Part shown: positions 23,501 to 38,860 of the stretch, piece by piece
Layout of the letters: every line of letters begins with the position of its first letter
How positions within the stretch are numbered: the stretch's first letter is position 1
Assembly (NCBI RefSeq): GCF_009914755.1
Contig: NC_060945.1
DNA: 64,000 nt
Reading direction: 5' to 3' (one strand)
Source: the human T2T-CHM13v2.0 reference genome, Homo sapiens
Position numbers and translations under genes: made by a program
The notes under the pieces: model-generated
Database searches by the model: none
Told to the model about the DNA's origin: nothing
Seen by the model: the letters and a program-made list of their open reading frames with translations, nothing else

Positions 23501-24640
23501 CCTGCTGTGGTCTGAATGTTTTTCCCTCACATAGGATTCCAGAACACTGCTACGAGGGTCTGAATGTTTGTCCTTCACATAGGATTCCAGAACAGTCCTG
23601 CTGGGGTCTGAATGTTTGTCCCTCACATAGGATTCCAGAGCACTCCTGCTGTTGTCTCAATGTTTGTTAATCACATAGGATTCCAGAACACTGCTACAAG
23701 GGTCTGAATGTTTGTCCCTCACATAGGATTCCAGAATACTCCTGCTATGGTCTTAATGCTTGTCCCTCACATAGGATTCCAGAACATTCATGTTGGGGTC
23801 TGAATGTTTGCCCTTATCATAGGATTTCAGAACAGTGCTCTTGGAGTTTGAATGTTTGTCCTTCACATAGGATTTAAGAACACTCCTGCTGTGGTCTGAA
23901 AGTTTGTCCCTCACATAGGCCCAAAACACTGTTGCTGGGGTGTGAATGTTTACCCCTAATATAGGATTCCAGAACACTGTTGCTGGGGTGTGAATGTTTG
24001 CCCCTAACATAGGATTCCAGACCACTGCTGCTGGTTTCTCAATGTCTGTCCCTCAAAAAGGATTCCAGAATACTGCTACAAGGGTCTGAATGTTTGTCAC
24101 TCACTTAAGACTCCAGAACACTGTTTTGAGGGTCTAAATGTCTGTCCTTCACATAGGATTGCAGAACACTGTTAGGAGGGTCTCAATGTTTTTCCTTCAC
24201 ATAGCATTCCAGAACACTGCTATGAGGGTCTGAATGTTTGCCCCACACCTAGGATTCCAGAACACTTCCGATGGTGTCTGAATGTTTGCCCCTCACATAG
24301 GATTCCAGAACACTCCTGCTGTGGTCTGAATGTTTGTCCCTCACATAGGATTCCAGAACATTCCTGCTGTGTTCTGATTGTTCCTCACATAGGATTCCAG
24401 AACACTGCTACGAGGTTCTGAATTTTTGTCCCTCACACAGGATTCCAGAACACTGCTACAAGGGTTTGAAAGTTTGTCCCTCACATAGGATTCCACAACA
24501 CTACTGCTGGGGTCTGAATCTTTGTCCCTCACATAGGATTCTAGAACACTCCAGCCGGCTTCTGAGTGTTTGTCCCTCACATAGGATTCCTGAAGACTGC
24601 TGCTGTCACTATAGTCGTTGTGAGTGTCTGAATGTTTGAC
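20551..24640. repeat. CER (48-bp, D22Z3-type) satellite, about 85 monomers
   Basis: Unit CCCTCACATAGGATTCCAGAACACTGCTGCTGGGGTCTGAATGTTTGT is 48 bp. The 16-aa periodicity in the ORF track confirms the period. Confidence 0.93.
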
Positions 24641-24772
24641 CTTCACCAAACACCAAATATCCTGACCCTTTAGTCTTGGACTTTCCAGCCTCCAGATCTG
24701 TGAGCAATAATCTCTGTTGTTTATGATTACTCAGTCTAAAGTATTTTGTTATAGTAGCCTAAAGAGACTAAG
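24641..24772 (+). mobile_element. MLT1 LTR 3' fragment abutting the satellite
   Basis: TCTTGGACTTTCCAGCCTCCAGATCTGTGAGCAATAATCTCTGTTGTTTA...TTTGTTATAGTAGCCTAAAGAGACTAAGA. Confidence 0.75.
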
Positions 24773-24779
24773 AGAGCAT

Positions 24780-26693
24780 CACCTGCCCTGTCACCTAATC
24801 ACCGCTTTACTGAAGCTATACTAACAACAGTCACTTTTAGTGGGTGCTTCATGCATGAGAATAAAGGGAAAAAATTGCAAGGCATACTAAAATCCAAAAA
24901 AGGAAAAAAATACAATTTGTGTCAACAGAGCAAGCTTCAGAAGCAGACAAATGTATGATTTTGGAATTTTTTTAAACCCCTGGAGAATATGCTAAGGGCC
25001 TAATCAATGAAGTAGACAGCATTCAAGTGTAGATGGGTAATGTAATCAGAAAGACAGACATCGTAAGAACCTTCAACATAATGTAGTGATAAAAAATGTA
25101 AATAACTGAAGAATACCTCTGATGGCTTATTAGTAGACTGGACTCAGCTGAGTAAAGAATCTCTGAGCTTGAGGATTTATCATCAGAAACTTCAAAAACT
25201 AAAGAAAAGAAACACTGAAAAGAACAGAAGATGATATCCAAGACTGTGGGACAACTACAAAAGGTGAAAGAGAGTAATGAGAATACCAGGAGGAGAAGAA
25301 ATAGAAGAAAGTTCTGCAACAACCATTTCTGAGAACTTCCAGTATTAATGTCAGACACCAAACCAAAGATCCAGGAAGCTCCGAGAACACCAGGCAGAAT
25401 AAATGCCAACAACCTACACTTGGACATATAATTTTCAAACTCTATGAAATAAAAGATAAAGGAAAACTCTGAAAGAAACCAGAGGTGGGGCAGAAAACAC
25501 CTTACCTACAGAGACACAAAGATAAGAACTGCATTCAACATTGCAGAAACTGTGAAAGCAAGAAGACAGTGAAATGAAAAATTCCAAATATTGACAGAAA
25601 AAAACCCACCAACCTAAGTTTCTGTACCCACTGAAAACACCCTTCAAAAGTGAAGGAGAATTAAGGCCTTCCTCAGAAAAATAAAAATTCAAGAAACTTG
25701 TTGTCAGGACAGCTGTCTTGCAAGAAATGTTAAATGAAATTCTTTAGAGGGAAACAAAAGATATATAACTGAAACCTGGATCAACATTTTTTTAAAAAGA
25801 GCATTAAAGAAAGAATCGTGGTACAATAAAAACCTATGTATTTATTCTTAATTGATCTGACCAAGAAGTTCATAGACAATAACAAATACACACAGATAGA
25901 TTATGTATGCTTATACACAAGTGAAATGAGTAACACTAATACAAGGAATGGAATGGAAGGATGGGAGGGAGGAAATGTGGTACAATAAAAACATGTATTT
26001 ATTCATAATTGATCTGACCAATAAGTTTGTAGATAATAATAAATACACACAGATAGATTGTGTATGCTTTTACACAAGTGAAATAAGGAACAATAACACA
26101 AGGAATGGAATGGAAGGATGGGAGGGAGGAATCAGGTGTTTTCTTTGTTAAGCAGGTAGTCACCCGTGAAGTGGGATAGTGTTAGCTGAAAGTGGACTTG
26201 AATTGGTTGTAAATGTATATTGAGGAATTAGGTGAGTTCTTTGTTAAGCAGGTAGCCTCATTTGTGGGATAGTGGGAGAGTGTTATTTGAAAGTGGACTT
26301 GAATTGGTTGTAAATATTACTGAGGAATTAGGTGTTTTGTTTGTTAAACAGGTAGTCTTATTTGTGGGATAGTTGGATAGTGTTATTTGAAAGTGGACTT
26401 GAATTGGTTGTAAATGTATATTGCAAATTCTGTGGCAACTAGTTAAAAAAAGTTTTAAAAAGAGAAGTACATGCTAAGAAAGACAGGGAAAATGTAGTCA
26501 TCTAAAATCATCAATGAAAACTGCAAAAGGCAGAAAAAGAGTGGTAGACAAAAGAATGAAGACTGAGGAGAATGAATAGAAAACAGTAACAAATATAGTA
26601 GATATTAGTCCAATGATATCAATAATCACTTTGAATGTTAATGGTATGAATGTACCAATTCAAAGATTGAGATTGTCAGAGTCTATCAAAAGA
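24780..26693 (+). mobile_element. Ancient L1M fragment (ORF1 and inter-ORF region) with internal tandem duplications
   Basis: A-rich degraded ORF1 motifs (AGATCCAGGAAGCTCCGAGAACACCAGGCAGAATAAAT, AAAAGTGAAGGAGAATTAAGG). ORF2-start-like ATATCAATAATCACTTTGAATGTTAATGG at ~26615. Confidence 0.75.
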
Positions 26694-27404
26694 CAGACAC
26701 ATCTTGTTTCACTGCACTTTGCTTTATTGTGTTTTGTGACCATGCGTTTTACATATTGAAGGTTTGTGGCCACCCTGCAATAAGCAGGTCTCACTGGCAC
26801 CATTGTTCCTACAGCACGTGCTCACTTCACGTCTCTGTGTCACATTTCGGTCATTCTCACAGTATTTTAACCTTTTTGTTATTGAATCTGTTATAGTGAT
26901 CTCTAATCAGTGATCTTTAATGCTACTGTTGTCATTGTTTTGGGAACCACAAATCACACCAGGATAAGACAGCAAACAATTGACAAACGCGTTTGTTCTG
27001 ACTGCCCCACCAACAGGCCATTTCTCTTTCTCTCTCTTTTTCTCAGGCTGCTTTTTATTAATATTAAAATGTGGCCAATTAATAACCCTACAATAGCCTC
27101 TATATGTTCAAGTGAAAGAAGAGTTGCATGTCTGTCACTTTAAACCAAAAGGAAGAAATAATTAAGCTTAGTGAGGAAGGCATGTTGTAAGCAAGACAGG
27201 CCAGTAGCTAGACCTCATGCAACAAACACTTAGCCGAGTTGTGAATGCAAAGGAAGTGTTCTGGAAAGAAATTTAAAGTACTACTCCAGTGAATACATGA
27301 ATGATAAAAAGCTAAACAATCTTGCTGCTGTTATGAAGAAAGTTTAATTGGTCTAGATAGAAGAAAAAAAAAAAAACATTCCATTAAGCCTAAGCCTAAC
27401 TCTC

Positions 27405-27715
<311 letters not shown>

Positions 27716-28572
27716 TCTCTTCAATTCTATGAAGACTTAGAGAGGTGAGGCAGCTGCAGAAGAAAAGTCTGAAGCTAGAAGAGCATGTTTCTTGAGGTTT
27801 AAGGAAAAAAGTCATCTCCATAACATAAAAGCACAAGATAAAGCAGCAAGTACTGTTGGAAAAGCTGCAGAAAGCTATCTAGAAGATAACTGATTAAGAT
27901 GGCTACACTAAACAGCTTTTCAATGGAGACAAAACAGCCTTCTACTAGAAGGAGATGCCATCTAGGATGTTCCCAGCTAGAGAGGAGTTGATGCCTGGCT
28001 TTAAGGCTTCAAAGGACATTCTGACTCTTTTGTTAAGGGCTAATGTAGTTGGTGATGTTAACTTGAAACCAATGATGATTTACTATTCTGAAAATCCAAG
28101 GGACCTGAAGAATTATAATAAAACACAGCTCTGCCTGTACTCTACAAATGGGAACAAAGCCTGGATGACAGACTATCGGTTTACAAATATGGTTTACTGA
28201 ATATCTTAAGCCCACTGTTGACACCTACTGCTCAAGAAATAAGATTCCTTTCAAAGTATTACCGCTCACTGACAATGCCCCTGGTACTCAAGGGCTTTTA
28301 CAGAGATGTATAAAGAGCTGAATATTGTTTTCATGCCTACTAACCCAACATTCATTCTGGTGCCCTTGGATCAAAGAATAATTTCAAATTTCAAGTCTTA
28401 TCACTTAAAAATATATTTCATAAAGCTATAGCTTCTCTAGAAAGTGATTCCTTTGATGGATCCGGGCAAAATAATTGAAAACCTACTGGAAAGGATTCAC
28501 CATTCTAGATGCCATTGAGAACATTCATGATTTAAAAAAGAAGATCAAAATAGCAACATTAGGAGAAGTTGG

Positions 28573-28872
<300 letters not shown>

Positions 28873-29465
28873 CAGAGAGAGAGAAGTTGGGAAGATTATT
28901 CCAACCGTCACAGATGACACAGGGGTTCACGACTTCTGTGGAGGAAGTAACTGCAGATATGGTGGAAATAACAAGAGCATTAGAATCAGAGACAGAGCCT
29001 GAAGATCTGGCGAGACTGCAGCAGGCTCCGCAGAAAACGTGAGTGGATGAGTTGCTTCCATGGATGAGCAAAGAAAGTGGTTTCTTGAGATGAAATCTAC
29101 TCGTGGTGAAGACAGTGTAAACAATGTTGAGATGACAACAGATTTAGAATAAACTTAGTTGGTACAGCAGAATGAGGGTTTGACAGGATTGAACCCAATG
29201 ATTTACAATAGTACATAAACTTAGTTGGTACAGCTATACGAAGGTTTGACAGGATTGAATCCAATTTTGAAAGTTGTACTGTGGGTAAAAAGCTATCAAA
29301 CAACATCGTATGCTACAGATTATTCTTTTGTGAAAGGGAGAGTCAATTGACACAGCAAACTTCAATGTTGTCTTATTTTAAGAAATTGCCACAGCCACCC
29401 CAACGCTCAGCAACCACCACCTTACATTAAGGCAAGACCCTCCATCAGCAAAAAGACTGAAACTT

Positions 29466-29730
29466 GGCCAGGTGCAGTGGCTCACACCTGTCATCCCAAC
29501 ACCTTGGGAGGCCAAGGTGGGTGGATTGCTTGAGCTCAGGAGGTCAAGGCAACATGGCAAAACCCCATCTCTACAAAAAAAAAAAAAAAAAAATAGCTGG
29601 ACATGGTGGCATGCACCTGTAGTCCCAGCTAGTCAGTAGTCTGAGGTGGGGGTTTGATTGAGCATGAGGTTGAGGCTGCAATTACTCCAGCCTGAGCCAC
29701 AGAGTAAAACCCTGTCACAAACACAAAAAA
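29466..29730 (+). mobile_element. Alu (AluJ-like, with deletions)
   Basis: GGCCAGGTGCAGTGGCTCAC start and GGATTGCTTGAGCTCAGGAG (J-type). Confidence 0.9.
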
Positions 29731-30012
29731 ATTGCAGCTTTCGGAAGGCTCAGATGACTGTTGGCACTTGTTAACAATAAAGTATTTGTAAATTAAAGTG
29801 TGCACACTTTGTAGACATATGCTATTGCACACTTCATACAGCACAGTATAAACATACTTTTACATGCACTGGAAAACCAAAATAAATTGTATAACTCACT
29901 TTATTGCAGTGGTATGGAACCAAACCCACATATATCTCTGATGCATGGCCGTCTTGTATTGTACACTTAAAAAAAACTTAAGAGGGTATATTTTAGGTGA
30001 AATGGTCATCTC

Positions 30013-30314
30013 TTTTTTTTTTTTTTTTTTTTTGAGATGGAGTCTCACTCTGTTGCCCAGGCTGGAGTGCAGTGGCATGATCTCGGCTCGCTGCAAGCTC
30101 TGCCTCCTGAGTTCACACCATTATCCTGCCTCAGTCTCCCGAGTAGCTGGGAATACAGGTGCCCACCATCACGCCTGGCTAATTTTCTGTATTTTTAGTA
30201 GAAACGGGGTTTCACTGTGTTAGCCAGGATGGTCTTGATCTCCTGACCTTGTGATCCACCTGCCTTGGCCTCCCAAAGTGCTGGGATTACAGGCGTGAGC
30301 CACCACTCCCGGCC
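30013..30314 (-). mobile_element. Alu (AluY-like)
   Basis: Poly(T), GCAAGCTCTGCC, TTAGCCAGGATGGTCTTGATC. Confidence 0.95.
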
Positions 30315-30444
30315 TCATTTTTTAAAAAGGGTGAGAATGAGAAATATATGGGGAGTGATGGTCAAGTTTACGGCATTATTTGTTGTGATGAGTCCTGGGG
30401 CGAATACTTATCTCTAAACTCATTAAGATGTATATATTCGGTGT

Positions 30445-30757
<313 letters not shown>

Positions 30758-30771
30758 TTAAATATGTGTAA

Positions 30772-31391
<620 letters not shown>

Positions 31392-31525
31392 AATTTTTAA
31401 ATATATATAATTAAAAATTAATAAAAAACAGGTATTTGCAAGTTTCCATTTTGTTATATGCTTATTATTCTTTATCTTTATGTCAGGTTGCTGTGTCAAT
31501 ACACTTAGGAAACCACAGTTCCTAA

Positions 31526-31876
<351 letters not shown>

Positions 31877-32078
31877 TGGAATTTTTTTCTAAAATTTACA
31901 TTTCTGAGTTAAGAATGCTTAAAATATTATAAAAACAGAAGCACAATTCATTATGTGTCTCATTAATTACCTTTATTAAAAACAACACAATTATATTACA
32001 ATAGCCCAAAAAATGTTTAAGCAAATGAAAACAAAACCATGACATACCCAAACTCAGGAGGAGGCAACAAAGGCAGTG

Positions 32079-32692
32079 CTAAAGGGAAGCTTACAGCTGC
32101 AGATGCTTAAATTAAAAAGAAGAAAGATCTCAAACCCATACTAAAGGAAAGCTTACAGCTGCAGATCCTTAAATTAAAAAGAAGAAAGATCTCAAACCCA
32201 TGTTAAAGGGAAGCTTACAGCTGCAAATCCTTAAATTAAAAAGAAGAAAGATCTCAAACCCATGCTAAAGGAAAGCTTACAGCTGCAGATCCTTAAATTA
32301 AAAAGAAGAAAGATCTCAAACCCATGTTAAAGGGAAGCTTACAGCTGCAAATCCTTAAATTAAAAAGAAGAAAGATCTCAAACCCATGCTAAAGGAAAGC
32401 TTACAGCTGCAGATCCTTAAATTAAAAAGAAGAAAGATCTCAAACCCATGTTAAAGGGAAGCTTACAGCTGCAGATCCTTAAATTAAAAAGAAGAAAGAT
32501 CTCAAACCCATGCTAAAGGGAAGCTTACAGCTGCAGATGTTTAAATTAAAAAGAAGAAAGATCTCAAACCCATGCTAAAGGGAAGCTTACAGCTGCAGAT
32601 GCTTAAAATAAAAAGAAGAAAGATCTCAAACCCATGCTAAAGGGAAGCTTATAGCTGCAGGTGCTTAAATTAAAAAAAAGAAAGATCTCAAA
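32079..32692. repeat. 62-bp VNTR, about 10 copies, amplified from L1 ORF2 sequence
   Basis: Unit CTAAAGGGAAGCTTACAGCTGCAGATGCTTAAATTAAAAAGAAGAAAGATCTCAAACCCATG starting at 32079, 32141, 32203 ... 32637. Confidence 0.95.
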
Positions 32693-33715
32693 TCAATAAC
32701 CTAATATTACACCTGAAGGGGAAAAAAAAACTAATGACAAACCAAGCAAAAGGAAGAAAATAACAGATTAGAGCAGAGATAAGCAGAATAAGACCAGAAA
32801 AAAGGAAAAAAACCCACTGAGTTTGTTTTTTTAAAGATCAATAAAAATTTTAAAACTCACAGCTATATTAAGAAAAAAAGAGAAATCTCAAATACTGAAA
32901 TCATAAATAAAAGAGGTGACAGTACAACAGATGCCACAGAACTGAAAAAGATTACAAGAGACTAATGTGAGCAACCATATGCCACAAAACTGGACAACCT
33001 AGAATAAATTTATAAATTCCTAGAAACACAAACCACCATACAGCATCACGGAGAAATAAAAAATCCAAAGAGACCTGTAACTAGTAAGAAGATTCAACCA
33101 GTAATCAAAAACCCCCCAAAAAAGAAAATTCCAGGTCCAGATAACTTCACTGGAAAATTTTACCAAACATTTCAAGAAGAATTAATGCCAATCCTCTGCA
33201 AAATATTCCAAAAATCCTCAAAAACCAGAAGAGGACATTCCAATCCATTCTATCAGGTCAACATTTATCTGGTTCCAGAGCCAGATGAACACCTTTTGTA
33301 ATAAAAACACTCAAAGAATTAGTAATACATGGAAACTCCTCAGTAAATAAAGATTATACATGAAAAGCTCACAGCTAACATCATACTGAATGGTGAAAAA
33401 CTAAAATCTTTTCCTCTAGGATCAGGAATAAGATAGCAACTTCTCTTCCTGCCACTTCTATTCACCAGAGCACTGGAATTTCTACTTAGAATAATTAGGC
33501 AAGAGAAAGTAATAAAAAGCATGCAAATTGGAAAGGAAAAAGTACAAAATTTTGTTCACAGACAACAGGATGTAATGTGTAAAAATCCTGAAATTCCACA
33601 AAATACTGGTAGAATAATGAAATTCAACAAAGTTTCAGGATATAGTAACACACTCAAGTCAGTTGCATTTCTATAAACTAACAATGAACAATCTGCAAAT
33701 AAAATTTTAAAAAGA

Positions 33716-34414
<699 letters not shown>

Positions 34415-35219
34415 TTACCTTTACAACAGCATTAAAAAAATTAGAAATAAGCTTAACCAAGAGGGCAACAGATTTGAACACAGAAAACTACAAAACACTG
34501 TTGAAAGAAATTAAATACAAATAAGTGAAAAGAAAAGTTGGGTTTGCAAATTAGATGATTTCATCTTGGAATGATGTCAACACTACTCGAAGTGACCTAG
34601 ATTCAATACAATCCTTATACAGATTCCAATGACATTTTTGATAAACAGAAAAACCTATCCTAAAATTCATATGGAATCTCCAGGGCCCATGAATAGGCAA
34701 ATCAATCTTGAAACAGAACAAAATTAAAGGTCTCAAAACAATTACAAAACTGCAATAAGCCAAAAAAAAAAAAAATGTGGTCATGGCATAAAGACACTCT
34801 TGACACACTTATGGACCAACACAACAGAGACCTCAGAAACCAATCCTGGCATATATGGTCCGATGATCTTCCACAAGGATGCCAAGACCACTCAATGGTG
34901 AAGGACAGTTTCTGCAACAAATGGTGTTGGGAAAATTGTGTATCTACATGCAAAACAATGAAGTTGGACTCTTACCTTACACCACGTCAAAATTAATTCA
35001 AAGTGAATTATAAACCTAAATGTAAAACTAGAACTATCAAACTCCTAGGGAAAACAAATTTGGAAAATGCTTTATGACGATGAATTTGTCAATAATTTTT
35101 AGGATATGACATTAAAAGCTCAGGCAGTAAAAGCAAAAATATATCAAACCTAAAAACTTCTGTACCACAAAGGTCACAACCAACAGGGTAAAAGGCAAAC
35201 TGTAGAATAAAAGAAAATA

Positions 35220-35431
35220 CCAGTTGAGTGTCCCTTATTTGAAATGCTTGGGATGTGTTTCAGATTTTGTAATATTTGCACTATTCTTACTGGTTGAGCA
35301 TCTCGAATTCAAACACCTGAGTCTGAGATGCTCCAATAAGCATTTCCTTTGAGTGTCATGTTGGCACTCAAAAAGTTTCAGACTTTGGAGCATTTGGGAT
35401 TTCAGATTTTTGGATCAGAGACATTCAACCT
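35220..35431 (+). mobile_element. Tigger4a (MER46A)-like MITE
   Basis: CAGTTGAGTGTCCCTTATTTGAAATGCTTGGG...GCTCCAATAAGCATTTCCTTTGAG...CTCAAAAAGTTTCAGA...TTCAACCT, with terminal inverted ends. Confidence 0.8.
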
Positions 35432-36519
35432 ATAGTTGCTCATCATGTATCTCATAAGAAGTGAACATTCAGAATACGTAAAGTACTCCTACAGAGAGAC
35501 TACCAGAAGCAAAGAGGAGCAAACACATTTTCACACTAGGGCACCTCCTATCTCTCCTGGATTCCAATTAGGGCAGAGTAAGTGCTAGTTCTCTGCCAAC
35601 CCAGGATTAGGCCCTGCAGCTGCAGTGAAAATAATCACAGAAGAAAACTAAGAAATAAAAAATGGAGAAAGTGAGACATCAAACTAGAATTACTAGAAAC
35701 CCCTAGGAAGAAGGAAAAAAAAAACAAGAAAACAGAAAAACAATCAAACCAGTTAATTAAACCTTGGTGTGACCAGAAGATCAGGGTTTCCTAAAGGAGT
35801 GGAAATTTATTGACTTGAAGAGGATTTATTGATTACTGATTTGAAGAGGAAGAAAAACCATGAATGGTCTAAAGCAAAAGCCTAGTGTCTGAAGAAGTCA
35901 GTAGGGTGAAAACAAGAGCTGGCCAGAATATCCACAGATGGTGACAAGTTTGCAAAGCCTTTACTAGACTACATGTGAGGCTAACTAGAGGCCAAGGAGC
36001 CAACACTTCCCCTGTCCTTACAGACAGACCCTACACAGGATTCCCAGATATACATGGAAGGACAACATCTTATCAGGTCCTCTCTGTGCAGATGTGGTTA
36101 TCATTCCAAATAATGAGCTCCAGCTCCAAGACTGTCCCATCCTCAATTGCTTTGAGTGGGCAATGTAGGCTCTCCACACACGAGCTACATGTAGGTTCCT
36201 TGGGTACCCAGATGGGAGACGTGAAATACAAACCTTCCATGGTCAGGTCCGTATCTGTTTCCTGCCTTTTCCCCAGCAATCCCCAGGCCTCAGCAGCAGT
36301 GGTCTACCTCTGCTGATTCTCATTCAGAATCTAAACTTAGAAACAATTAGAACCTAGACCCCAATTCTACCTGAAAGTAACAGAATAACATAATCTATAC
36401 ACTGCAGCATGACTGTTTGCCCAACGTAATGAGGATGAACTGAGAGATAATGAATGATCATGACCCTGGCCCAAGTAACAAGAATGAACTGTGAGATAAA
36501 TGAATGATCATGGCCAAAA

Positions 36520-37639
<1,120 letters not shown>

Positions 37640-37750
37640 TATAAAAAATTATTTCAAAAAGCCAAAAGATTAATCAAACTGGAATATTTAGAAATATTTA
37701 ACCCAAAAGAAGTTAGGACAGAATATATAGAAGATCAAAAGTCAGACGAA

Positions 37751-38050
37751 GGCCAGGCATGGTGGCTCATGCCTGTAATCTGAACACTTTGGGAGGCCAA
37801 GGTGGGTAGATTGCTTGAGCTCAGGAGTTCAAGACCAGCCTGTGCAACATGGCAAAACCCTATCTCTACAAAAATATAAAAATTAGCCAGGTGTGGTGCC
37901 ATGCACCTGTAGTCCCAGCTACTCAGGGGGCTCAAGTGAGGATTGGTTGGGCCTGGGAGGCAGAGGTTGCAGTGAGCCAAGATTGCACCATTGCACTACA
38001 GTCTTGGTGACAGAGCAAGACCCTGTCTTAAAAAAAATAAACAAACAAAT
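37751..38050 (+). mobile_element. Alu (AluJ-like)
   Basis: GATTGCTTGAGCTCAGGAG and AGACCCTGTCT. Confidence 0.92.
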
Positions 38051-38845
38051 AGAAAATAAGTAGAAAAATGGCAGACCTAAATCCAACCTTAGCAATGATT
38101 AGTTACAATGTAACTGGACAAATACTCTACTTAAGACAGAGACTGCCAGACCTGAGAGGAAGGCAAGACCCAACAATATGGCATCCATAGAGACACAATT
38201 TAAACACAAAGACACAAAGAAAGTATGAGAAAAAATATGCTATGCAGGCACTAATCATAAAAATATGCTATCCAGACACTAATCATAAAAAGCTTCAACA
38301 GAGATGTTAACACTAGATGAAAGAGGCTTCAGAGCAAAATGTATCACCAGAAATAAACAGGGTAATTTAATAAAAATAAAAGAATCAGAGAGTATGATGT
38401 TACAACTATAAATTGTGCCTCAAAGTGCACACAAAGTACACACACACACAGAGCCTCAAAGTATGTGAATCAAAAACAACAGAACAAAAGCAGGAAATTG
38501 ACAATCCAAAATTATAGCTGGTGAATTAATACTGCTCTCTCAGTAACTGATGGAACAACCAGATAAAAATATAGGAAAAATATGGATCTAAATGACAAAA
38601 TCCTGACCCAAATGGTACTTGGCAGTACCAAGATAGACTGTATGTCGATCGATTGAGAAAAGGTTCAAACCTGAAATAGTATACAAAGTATGTTGTCTGA
38701 ACATTTGAAATTAAATTAGAAACCAACAACAAATTGATATCCAGAAAAGCCTCAAATGTCTGAAAACCAAGTAATAAACTTTGAAATACCCTGAGTCAAA
38801 AAGTATTCACAAGGGGAACTGGAATGTATTTGGAACAAACTTGTT
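38051..38845 (+). mobile_element. Ancient L1M ORF2 5' fragment
   Basis: AAGACCCAACAATATG and AAATTAAATTAGAAACCAACAAC endonuclease-region remnants. Confidence 0.6.
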
Positions 38846-38860
38846 ATAAAATCTCATTTC

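Noticed and set aside
20323-24649. Cys/His-rich ORFs (CPSHRIPEHCC...) resembling zinc fingers or metallothionein
   Set aside because: They are the 16-aa translation of the 48-bp CER satellite, with no C2H2 spacing or TGEKPY linkers and frequent stops.
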